Source: an uncultured cyanobacterium (GTDB taxonomy: Bacteria; Cyanobacteriota; Cyanobacteriia; PCC-9006; JAAUQQ01). From it: 64,000 nt of DNA. The notes below the pieces were generated by a model. That model was not told where the DNA came from. It made no database searches and saw only the letters and a program-made list of their open reading frames with translations. The translations under genes were made by a program, and so were the position numbers. The stretch covers positions 1,504,001 through 1,568,000 of the forward strand of contig OY970368.1 of the NCBI GenBank assembly GCA_963718615.1. Reading direction: 5' to 3'. This document shows positions 51,481-60,881 of the stretch, in pieces (positions within the stretch are counted from its first letter, which is position 1; each line of letters starts with the position of its first letter).

Positions 51481-52301
51481 AGCGAGAGCACGAGGAGTTG
51501 AGCCTGGTGCGTCAATGTCAGCTACTGGGCATCAGCCGTTCGAGCTTGTACTACCGTGCCAAAGCAGTGAGTGACTCTGAGCTAGAACTGCTGCGTCGCT
51601 TGGATGAGCTGTATCTGGAGATGCCGTTCTATGGCTCTCGTCGGATGACGGCTCAGTTGAAGAGAGAGGGTCATGATGTGAATCGCAAGCGAGTGCAGCG
51701 GTTGATGCGAAAGCTGGGTCTACAAACGCTGTATCCGAAGCCGAAGCTGACTGTGGCAAACCCGGAGCACAAGATATATCCCTATCTGCTGAGGGGTGTG
51801 GCGATTGATAAGGTAAACCAGGTCTGGAGCACGGACATCACCTATCTGCCGGTGCTGAAGGGGCATTTCTATCTGGTGGCGATTATGGACTGGTACAGCC
51901 GTAAGGTGCTGAGCTGGCGAATCTCGAACACGATGGATGTGCAGTTCTGTTTGGATGCATTGGAGGAAGCGTTGGAGGAATATGGATGTCCTGATATCTT
52001 CAATTCAGATCAGGGGTCTCAGTTCACGGCGAAGGTGTTTACCGAGAGGTTGAGAACAGCCGGAGCCCAGGTGAGCATGGATGGACGGGGAAGGTGTCAT
52101 GACAACATCTTCATTGAAAGGCTGTGGCGATCGCTGAAGTACGAGCTGATTTATCTGAAGAGTTTTGAGGATGGGAATCACTTAAATCAGGAGGTGAAGA
52201 AATGGTTTAGCTGGTATAATCAGTTGAGATTGCATCAGTCGTTGGATTACAAAACACCGGATGAGATTTACTTTGACGGTGCAGCTGAGAGCAGTCGCTG
52301 A
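51438..52301 (+). CDS. IS3 transposase OrfB
   Basis: Identical protein to copy 1. Confidence 0.95.
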   Translation: MLSQTGVEQRKALVEREHEELSLVRQCQLLGISRSSLYYRAKAVSDSELELLRRLDELYLEMPFYGSRRMTAQLKREGHDVNRKRVQRLMRKLGLQTLYPKPKLTVANPEHKIYPYLLRGVAIDKVNQVWSTDITYLPVLKGHFYLVAIMDWYSRKVLSWRISNTMDVQFCLDALEEALEEYGCPDIFNSDQGSQFTAKVFTERLRTAGAQVSMDGRGRCHDNIFIERLWRSLKYELIYLKSFEDGNHLNQEVKKWFSWYNQLRLHQSLDYKTPDEIYFDGAAESSR

Positions 52302-55220
52302 ATAGAGGTCCAATCCGGGGAGAATTCAGAGCTTAGTCTCCTGTTAAATCTGTTCAGTCGATTGGGTCCACCTCAGTTTGAGCGGGCTGTGGAAGGAGAT
52401 ATCAGAGGCTATATCTCGACACATTCTTTGGCTGAGCTGTACTCTGTCCTAACTCGATTACCACATCAATCTCGGGTATCACCCTCTGAAATTGAGATAT
52501 TGTTTAGCAACTTGTCAAATTTTGAGAAGGTAGCGTTAGATGCAGATGACTACGTTGCTGTAATTCGACGCTTAGTTAAGCTGAATCTAACAGGTGGTTC
52601 AATTTTTGATGCGCTGATTGCTCAGGCTGCATTGAAGGCTAAAGTTGATTTTCTGTTAACAGCAAATCCTAAGGATTTTATTCGTTTGGGTCAGGATGTG
52701 ACAGATATAGTTCGGGTGCCAACAGCACCATAGTTGATCAATTTACCAGTTCCCACAAAACGTCGATGCCGTTGCCGACGCGGGGTTCGGTTTGGTTTTG
52801 TTCGAGCCATTGGGTGAGGGCGGGGAGGACGTTGGGGGATTTTTTGCCAAATTGGATGAGGAGTTGAGTGATATGAGAATGTGCATGGTGATTATCAGCT
52901 CTTAGCAGTGCTAGCAGGCTATTAACTATTTGACTTGATGGATTACTTAGCTTTTGAAGGGACTTTGCTGCGCGAGAACGCACCATAGACTCATCCTCTT
53001 TTAGAGGCGCGAGCAAGCTATTAACAACTGCATCTGATTCGTTACCTAACTTGACCAGGGATTGAGCAGTGCTAGAACGCACCATAGGCTCATCCTCTTT
53101 TAGAAGCGCGAGCAAGCTATTAACAACTGTGTCCGATGCGTTACTTAGCTTTCCAAGAGACTCTGCTGCGAAATAACGCACTGCAGGCTCATCCTCTTGA
53201 AGAAATGCAAGCAAGTCATTAATGATGGCATCCGATTTATTCCCTAGCTTGATCAAGGATTGAGCAGCGCGGGAACGCATAATGGAGGATGCAACCGTGT
53301 GAGGAGAGCACACATCCCGATCATCTTCGAGCAATGCGAACAAGCTATTGACAACTGAGTCGGAAGCATTGCCTAGCTCTCCTAGAGATTCAACCACGTG
53401 GTAGCGTACAGCCCAGTTGTCATCTTTGAGAAGTGCAAGAAGGCAACTGATAACTGAGTCAGAAGCATTGCCTAGCTCTGCTAGAAGCTTTGCCGCATCA
53501 GAACGCACAACAGAGTTATCATCCTTGAGAAATTCGAGCAAGCCATTGACGACCGAGTCAGAAGCATTGCTCAGCCCTTTCAGAAGTTCTGCCGCATCAG
53601 AACGCACAAAACCCAGGTCGTCATCTTCGAGAAATGCGAACGTAAGTAAGCTATCAACAACTGGGTCAGATGTATTGCCTAGCTTAATTAGAGACTCCGC
53701 TGCAGAATAAAGCACACTTCCATTATCGTTTTTAAGAAGTGCAAGTAAGCAATTGACGACCGCGTCCGATGCATTACTCAGCTCTCCCAAGCACTCTGCT
53801 GCATAGGAACGCCTACGTAAATTGTTATCTTCAAGAAATGTGAGTAAGCAATTAACGGCTGCATGTTAGACGACAATAGCATTGGCGGCTGCTCGACATT
53901 TCCTGGCGGGAGTTGTCGCGAAAGCGTGGCTTGGATCGTGAGACAGACGTGAGACTTTGACAGCTCACTGGCGTGGCGATCGACAAAAAAAGACACTCAT
54001 AGGGTCCCCCTGGAAAGAAAGGACTCTAACGAGTGTCGAGAGTAATAATGTATCAACAGCGAGTGTACATGAATGCAAAGGAGCATGGCCTGTCGCAGCA
54101 AGATGCGGCAGCGGTGGCGGAATTTTCGGTGCGAACCGCGCAACGAATGGATGCCAACGAGTGGCAGCAGGGGAGTGGAGAGGGCACCGGGGTGCGGACC
54201 CGGCCAGATCCACTCAACGGTCTTTGGGAAGCCGAACTAGAGGCGATGCTGCGAGCTGAGCCAAGACTGAAACCGACGACGTTATTTGAGCATTTGCAGG
54301 ACAAATATCCGGGTCAATATCCGCAAGTGCTCAGGACGCTTCAGCGGCGAGTGAGAACCTGGAAAGCACTGTATGGTCCAGCTCCCGAGGTGATGTTTGA
54401 GCTGCGTCACGAGCCGGGGGTGCAAGGATTTTCCGACTTCACCGAACTCAAAGGGACGGTGGTGACGATAAATGGAAAGCCCTATGAGCACTTGATTTAT
54501 CACTACCGCTTGGGCTACAGCGGCTGGTCCTACGCGGAGTTAATCGAGGGGGGTGAAAGCTTTGTCGCCCTATCCGAAGGATTGCAGAATGCCCTGTTTG
54601 CCTGCGGCGGGGCTCCAAAGCAGCATCGCACCGATAGCCTGAGTGCGGCCTATCGAAATCTGGGTGGGAAGAAGACCAAACCGCTGACGCGCTTGTATGA
54701 CGACCTGTGTGAGCACTATCGGTTGCAACCGACGCGAAACAACCGGGGAATCGCCCACGAGAACGGTTCTATTGAAGGCCCCCACGGTCATCTGAAGAAC
54801 CGCATTGTCCAAGCGATGTACCTGCGCGGCAGCACCGACTTCGCTAGCGTCAGCGACTATCAAGACCTGCTCAATGACTGTGTGGCCAAGCTCAATGCCC
54901 AGCATCAGGATAAGTATGAGCATGAGAAAGCGCATCTCCAGGCGTTGCCCAAATACCGGGCTGCGGACTACGAACTCCTCACCGCTAAGGTGAGCAGCAA
55001 CAGCACGATTGATATCCGCTGCATGCTCTACAGCGTGCCGTCTCGCTTAATTGGCCGGTCCCTGGAAGTGCATCTGCACCACAACCGCCTGATGGGCTAC
55101 CTCGAAGGCCATGAAGTGTTCAGGTTGAAACGGATTCGTTCTACTGACAATATAGTGGACCCCAAAAACTGGACAGGGGGTTAAGCTCTGAAACTCCACG
55201 AAAAATGATAGGAGTAGAAG

Positions 55221-55544
55221 ATGAGCAAGAAACGCCGACAGTACAGCGCCCAGTTCAAATCGAGAATCGCCTTGGAAGCCTTGCAAGGGGCAAAGACGGT
55301 GCCGGAACTGGCGAGCCAACACAATGTGCATCCAACGCTGATCCATCAGTGGAAGAGGCAGCTCTTGGAAGGGGCAAGCAGCGTCTTTGATTCAGGCCAG
55401 ACATCTGATAGAGGAAAGGAGGAAGCGAATAAACAGGCAGAAATCAACGAGCTGTATCGGCAAATCGGCAAGCTGAAGGTGGAACGGGATTTTTTAGCGG
55501 AGTGCTCAGCCAAACTGGGGTTGAGCAGCGAAAAGCCCTGGTAG
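55221..55544 (+). CDS. IS3 transposase OrfA
   Basis: Identical protein to copy 1. Confidence 0.93.
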   Translation: MSKKRRQYSAQFKSRIALEALQGAKTVPELASQHNVHPTLIHQWKRQLLEGASSVFDSGQTSDRGKEEANKQAEINELYRQIGKLKVERDFLAECSAKLGLSSEKPW

Positions 55545-56365
55545 AGCGAGAGCACGAGGAGTTGAGCCTGGTGCGTCAATGTCAGCTACTGGGCATCAGC
55601 CGTTCGAGCTTGTACTACCGTGCCAAAGCAGTGAGTGACTCTGAGCTAGAACTGCTGCGTCGCTTGGATGAGCTGTATCTGGAGATGCCGTTCTATGGCT
55701 CTCGTCGGATGACGGCTCAGTTGAAGAGAGAGGGTCATGATGTGAATCGCAAGCGAGTGCAGCGGTTGATGCGAAAGCTGGGTCTACAAACGCTGTATCC
55801 GAAGCCGAAGCTGACTGTGGCAAACCCGGAGCACAAGATATATCCCTATCTGCTGAGGGGTGTGGCGATTGATAAGGTAAACCAGGTCTGGAGCACGGAC
55901 ATCACCTATCTGCCGGTGCTGAAGGGGCATTTCTATCTGGTGGCGATTATGGACTGGTACAGCCGTAAGGTGCTGAGCTGGCGAATCTCGAACACGATGG
56001 ATGTGCAGTTCTGTTTGGATGCATTGGAGGAAGCGTTGGAGGAATATGGATGTCCTGATATCTTCAATTCAGATCAGGGGTCTCAGTTCACGGCGAAGGT
56101 GTTTACCGAGAGGTTGAGAACAGCCGGAGCCCAGGTGAGCATGGATGGACGGGGAAGGTGTCATGACAACATCTTCATTGAAAGGCTGTGGCGATCGCTG
56201 AAGTACGAGCTGATTTATCTGAAGAGTTTTGAGGATGGGAATCACTTAAATCAGGAGGTGAAGAAATGGTTTAGCTGGTATAATCAGTTGAGATTGCATC
56301 AGTCGTTGGATTACAAAACACCGGATGAGATTTACTTTGACGGTGCAGCTGAGAGCAGTCGCTGA
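55502..56365 (+). CDS. IS3 transposase OrfB
   Basis: Identical protein to copy 1. Confidence 0.95.
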   Translation: MLSQTGVEQRKALVEREHEELSLVRQCQLLGISRSSLYYRAKAVSDSELELLRRLDELYLEMPFYGSRRMTAQLKREGHDVNRKRVQRLMRKLGLQTLYPKPKLTVANPEHKIYPYLLRGVAIDKVNQVWSTDITYLPVLKGHFYLVAIMDWYSRKVLSWRISNTMDVQFCLDALEEALEEYGCPDIFNSDQGSQFTAKVFTERLRTAGAQVSMDGRGRCHDNIFIERLWRSLKYELIYLKSFEDGNHLNQEVKKWFSWYNQLRLHQSLDYKTPDEIYFDGAAESSR

Positions 56366-56768
56366 ATAGAGGTCCAATCCGGGGAGAATTCAGAGCTTAG
56401 TCTCCTGTTAAATCTGTTCAGTCGATTGGGTCCACCTCACAAGGACAAGCGGCGCGCCCGCTCGGTGGACTATCACCATGTCATCGAAGGGTTGCGCAAA
56501 AAGCCCTTGGCCTTCCTCCACAGCACCTGGCGAGAGGACCTCCTGCCCAATGAGCGCTATCACCAACTCTGGAAACAGCTCCAGGCTGGCTTTGAGCTTG
56601 ATTCTGCCGCCGTGCTCATGGTCGAAGCCCTCTATATTGCGGCGACCCAAAACAAGGAAGCGGCGGTCGCTGACTACCTCTTCCCAGAGATTGAGGCCAA
56701 AACCCTCACCCTCTCAAGGCTCAGACTCCATTTTCAGTTGCTCACCAAACTCGAATTCCCCACCGTGA

Positions 56769-57683
56769 ATGTCCAACAACATGACCTCAACGACTACGAT
56801 GCCCTTCTGTTCACCCACAGCAGCGTCATCCCAGATGCAGAACCAGAGCTCGTCTCAACCGGAGCTGAGCCCTTACCAAAGCCTCAGCGCTCAGCTCAAG
56901 CACCTGCGCTTATCCCATATGCTCAACCACTGGGAGACCTTGGAGCAGCAAGCCATGCGAGAGACCTGGTCCTACGCGCAATTTCTCTTGGCCCTGTGCC
57001 AACTCGAAACAGACCGCCGCAAGGCTTTGCGCCTCCAAAGAGCCATCACCGAAGCTCAACTGCCCAACGCCAAAACGGTTTCCAATTTCGATTGGACACA
57101 CCTGCCCCTGGTTAACCCTCTCCCGATTCAAAAACTCGCCACTGAACCCCAGTGGATTGATGACGCCCAAAACTGTCTCTTCTTCGGACCTTCTGGGGTC
57201 GGCAAAACCCATCTGGCCGCTGGCATCGCTCGTGCCGCCCTGGAAGCGGGCAAGCGCGTCAAATTCTTCTGTGCCACCACCCTGGTGCAGTATCTCCAAA
57301 AAGAAAAGCTTCATCTCCAGCTTCAGCCTGCCCTGAAAAAGCTCGACCGCTTTGACCTCGTGATCATTGATGACCTCGGCTATGTCCAAAAATCCGAGGC
57401 AGAAACCTCCGTTCTCTTTGAACTCATTGCCTATCGCTATGAGCGCAAAAGCATCATGGTCACTGCCAATCAGCCGTTCAGTGAGTGGAACTCCATCTTT
57501 GGTGATTCCATGATGACCGTCGCCGCCGTTGACCGCCTCATTCACCATGCGGTCATTCTCGAAATCAAGGCGGACAGTTTTCGTAAACGCTCCGCTCACC
57601 AGCGCTCTGAGAACTTGAAGGCACTCCCGGCAAAATCCTCTGAATCTGACTCCCAAACATCGACACACCAGAAGCGATCTTAG
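56769..57683 (+). CDS. istB: IS21 helper ATPase IstB
   Basis: GPSGVGKT, IIDDLGY, RYERKS and AAVDRLIHH motifs; true start may be 56835. Confidence 0.94.
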   Translation: MSNNMTSTTTMPFCSPTAASSQMQNQSSSQPELSPYQSLSAQLKHLRLSHMLNHWETLEQQAMRETWSYAQFLLALCQLETDRRKALRLQRAITEAQLPNAKTVSNFDWTHLPLVNPLPIQKLATEPQWIDDAQNCLFFGPSGVGKTHLAAGIARAALEAGKRVKFFCATTLVQYLQKEKLHLQLQPALKKLDRFDLVIIDDLGYVQKSEAETSVLFELIAYRYERKSIMVTANQPFSEWNSIFGDSMMTVAAVDRLIHHAVILEIKADSFRKRSAHQRSENLKALPAKSSESDSQTSTHQKRS

Positions 57684-60600
57684 ATTGTCGTCTTGACCTG
57701 AGATTGCCGCTTCTCATTTCCTTTTGCCAATTCAGTGGGCTCCCCGCCTTCTAATTGTCGCGACAGGCAAATGTCTTGACACTTGATAGCTGCATCTAAT
57801 ACGTTGCCATTACCTAGCTTAATTAGGGCTCCTGCTGCGTGAGCACGTACATCAAGATTGTCATCTTTGAGAAGCGTGAGCAAGACGTTGATAACTGGGT
57901 CAGAAGCATTATCTAGCTGTCCCAGAAATAAAGCTATATATGAGCGTATGTCAGAATTTCCATTTTCAAGAAGCGTGAGTAAGCAGCTAACGGCCGTATC
58001 TGATGCATCATTACTTAACTTTACTATGGACGCAGCCGCAGAAGAAAGCGCTATTCTTGGGTCATTTTTGAACAGCATCAGCAGTGTGCTGGCTGCCTGT
58101 TCTGGCTGTAACTCTGCCTGATATTCCAGCAATCGCAATTGCTCAATTTTTCCACTCGTTTGTAGCTGCTGTATTGTCTCAGTATCAAACTGCGTTTCGC
58201 TAAGACTAATCAAGGATTGGAATGTTTGCTGCTTGAGCTTTTTGTTAATTTGCGGTTCTTCGCTGACTTCAAACGCCACCAGCCGCCCAATAATTTCCGA
58301 CGCCAAACCAGGCTGCGTCACCGTCACATTTTCTGCCAAACACTTCGCCGCAAAAAACAAATTTCGATGCAGCCACTGCTCATAGGGCGTCTCCCGCGCC
58401 AAAATTGCCTGCAATACCTTCGACGGATTTCCTCCCTTTTGTTGAGCAATCAGTAACAGTAAGACCTCTTCCCAATGGGGATCATGCAGATACTTCTCCA
58501 CATGCTCCAGCACCACCTCAAAGCCTTCCTCCTGACGCTCACGAATGTCCATCGCCGCCAGATATTCCTGAAACGTCTTATGCACAAACGCATAGCGATC
58601 CTGCCCCTGCTGCGCCAAAAGACCAGCGCGATCGCGTACCACCAAATCCAAAAATTGCTTTGCCTCCTTCTTTGCCTTATACCGCTCCAACCCCTTCATC
58701 TCGTGAATAAACTTTGCAAGTTGATTAGTCAACTCATCCCTGTCTATCAACGTCCCTCCTTCCTCGTCCGTCGTTCCCCCCTTAGAATGAATCCAATAGG
58801 CTAACCGTCTCATCAGCTCAAGAAAATCATATGCTTCTAGATATTTAAGGTTTTCCTCGGTGTTGATCTCTTTTGGGTCATCCCAAGTACTCAGAAGTGT
58901 TTCTACAGCTTTTTCGTAGAGTTCATGCCTCTTTTGGGGCAATTTCCTGTACTGACGGCTTATGAGAGCAATAATTGTGAGCAACAGCGGATTCCGCGCC
59001 AGCCGCTGAATCCGAGGCTGATCCTTCAGCGCCTTGCGTAGGCTTTCCTTACGCCGCTGCCGCTCGCTGGCCAGCTCAAACCGACTGTCGTACCAATGGT
59101 CAATAAACTCATCAATCTTGCCATCATCAAAGGGCTGTAGCTCATAGTGCGGGAACTCCTCCGTCCGAAAGAAATCCCGCTTATAGCCCGAAGGCCGCGA
59201 CGTAATAATCGCTGGATTCTCCTCGTACTGACCCAGAAAACTCTCAATTTTGGCAACAACCTTATACCGCTGCGTCTCATCTGCCACCTCATCCAATCCG
59301 TCCAGCAAAATCAGCGCCTGCCCATTCTCCAGCCAATACTCAAAGAACCCCTGCGGCAACACCTTCACCGCCAACTCCCGCTCCGCAAAATCCTGCGCGA
59401 ATTCCAACACCGTCATCTCCGGATGCCGAGCCAACTCCCGAATCCGAATCAAAATCGGCAAACAATCCTCCGGAAACCCCGAATTAGTATCTTTCTCATC
59501 CGAACAGGTTGCCACCGCCCAAAAGCTCATCAGCGTCGTCTTCCCAGAACCCGGAGCCCCCAACAAAACTGATCGCTTACTTTGCCTCACCAATTCTTGT
59601 GCAGATAACACTCGTCCTTTTTCTTGCTCTTGTTGCCAAGCAATCTGCTGCCGTTGCTCTTCTATCAGAGATTCCTGTTTATCTGAAGCATAATGCCCCG
59701 AGAAGGCAATGATTTCTGGATCAACTAGAGAAAGTGCTTCTTCTAGATTTTTAGCTCTATCCCCATCTACTTTTTGGATGAGAAACTCAGCTCTCAATCG
59801 AGAACTCATCGGTATAGATTTCACCTCCTCCCGCACATCCGGCATCACAAAAATATCCGCCAACTTCTCCGCCCGATCAATCTCCTGCCCCTCCACCGCA
59901 AAGCCCGCAAACTTCACATCATCAAAGGCATTGCGCAACTGCTCGCAGTAATCCTGCCGCGCCACCCGGAACCGAATGAAATTTGCCGTCGCCTGGAAAT
60001 AATGCTCCACAAACGCCACCAGCCAAACCCGCAGCAGCTCCGGCTTCAGCTTCCGTGCCTCCTGATGCTGCGCCGCCTCCTGCTCAAACGCCGCCACCAA
60101 AAAATCCACATCAGGTCGCCCCTCCCCCTGCAATGGCCTCTGCAACTCAGCCAAGGCCGTGGACTTAAAAAACGCCTGCAAAAAACGACTGATCCCCTTG
60201 AGCCCCTGCCGCTCACAACTGAAGAACAACTTAGGAGCCGCCCCCTCCGCTGCCGCCACCGCCTCCCGAATTGCTCGCTTGAGCTGATCCGGAGTCACCG
60301 TCGTCTTGGCCCCCTCCAGCAGCTTCGTTGTCAACCACTCACCGCCCCACTTGGCAAATTCCAGTGCGATTGGCGCTAACACCGTTGTCATTGGTCAAAA
60401 ATCTCCATCCAGCCCTCTCTCGTCTCATTATGACGAAGGACAGTCAAACTGCGTGCTCCGATTCATCATCAGACTCAAAATGCTAGACAGAACAAAAGCT
60501 AAAATCGCCCAAAAGTAACCGATATAGAGTCCAAGATTCAGCAGAAAAGAGAGTGAGTCTAGAGTGAGGTTAGGCTCTCAAGCGCAACCACAGGTGCAAA

Positions 60601-60692
60601 AGGGCTCTTTTCAGTTTAATCTTTATCCCAGCGCTTTATCCCAGCGCTATTTACCCGCACCGTTGACTTAAGTTTTTACCAACCGGGGAATC

Positions 60693-60863
60693 ATGGACCT
60701 ACTCGCCGAAATTATCGATTTTTTCAAAGACCTCTGGGGATTTCTCAAGGTCCGTAAAAAGTACTGGCTGGGACCGCTGATTTTAGTGCTGTTATTCTTG
60801 GGGGGATTATTGGTCTTTACCCAGGGGAGTGCGATCGCCCCCTTTATCTACACGTTGTTCTAA
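60693..60863 (+). CDS. DUF5989/SxtK-like small membrane protein (56 aa)
   Basis: Manual translation MDLLAEIIDFFKDLWGFLKVRKKYWLGPLILVLLFLGGLLVFTQGSAIAPFIYTLF; below the ORF-track cutoff. Confidence 0.9.
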   Translation: MDLLAEIIDFFKDLWGFLKVRKKYWLGPLILVLLFLGGLLVFTQGSAIAPFIYTLF

Positions 60864-60881
60864 TTTGTTATAAGAACCTCT

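Larger units (their letters stand above)
51087..52375 (+). mobile_element. IS3-family insertion sequence, copy 2 (1289 bp, TSD GTT)
   Basis: Same ends and identical translated ORFs as copy 1; GTT on both flanks. Confidence 0.96.
50998..52733 (+). pseudogene. PIN-domain (VapC) toxin interrupted by IS3 copy 2
   Basis: MVDQVLFDTSSLV...CLPW | FERA...HSLAELYSVLTR...IFDALIA...LTANPKDF rejoins in frame. Confidence 0.9.
55151..56439 (+). mobile_element. IS3-family insertion sequence, copy 3 (1289 bp, TSD CAA)
   Basis: Same ends and ORFs as the other copies; CAA on both flanks. Confidence 0.96.
54033..57115 (+). pseudogene. istA: IS21 transposase IstA interrupted by IS3 copy 3
   Basis: RTRPDPL, LRTLQRR, SDFT, HRTDSLSAA and HENGSIE motifs; RSTD|KDKRRARSVDYHHVI rejoins in frame. 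Confidence 0.9.
53864..57788 (+). mobile_element. IS21-family element (TSD GCTGCA) carrying a nested IS3
   Basis: istA/istB; GCTGCA at 53858-53863 and 57789-57794; ends TGTTAGACGACAA and (reverse) TATCAAGTGTCAA; 2633 bp without the nested IS. Confidence 0.9.
52738..60391 (-). pseudogene. NACHT NTPase with HEAT repeats (NLR-like), split by IS21; 1240 aa when rejoined
   Basis: GAPGSGKTT, LILLDGLDEV, ITSRP, NPLLL and FVHKTFQEY motifs; ~31-aa HEAT repeats; GNVLDAA|VNCLLTFL rejoins in frame. Confidence 0.92.

Noticed and set aside
52738-53790. Separate HEAT-repeat gene
   Set aside because: It is the 3' half of the IS21-split NACHT gene.
52900-53800. ~93-bp periodic DNA repeats as a CRISPR array or DGR repeats
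   Set aside because: They are coding HEAT repeats; no spacers, cas genes or reverse transcriptase in the window.
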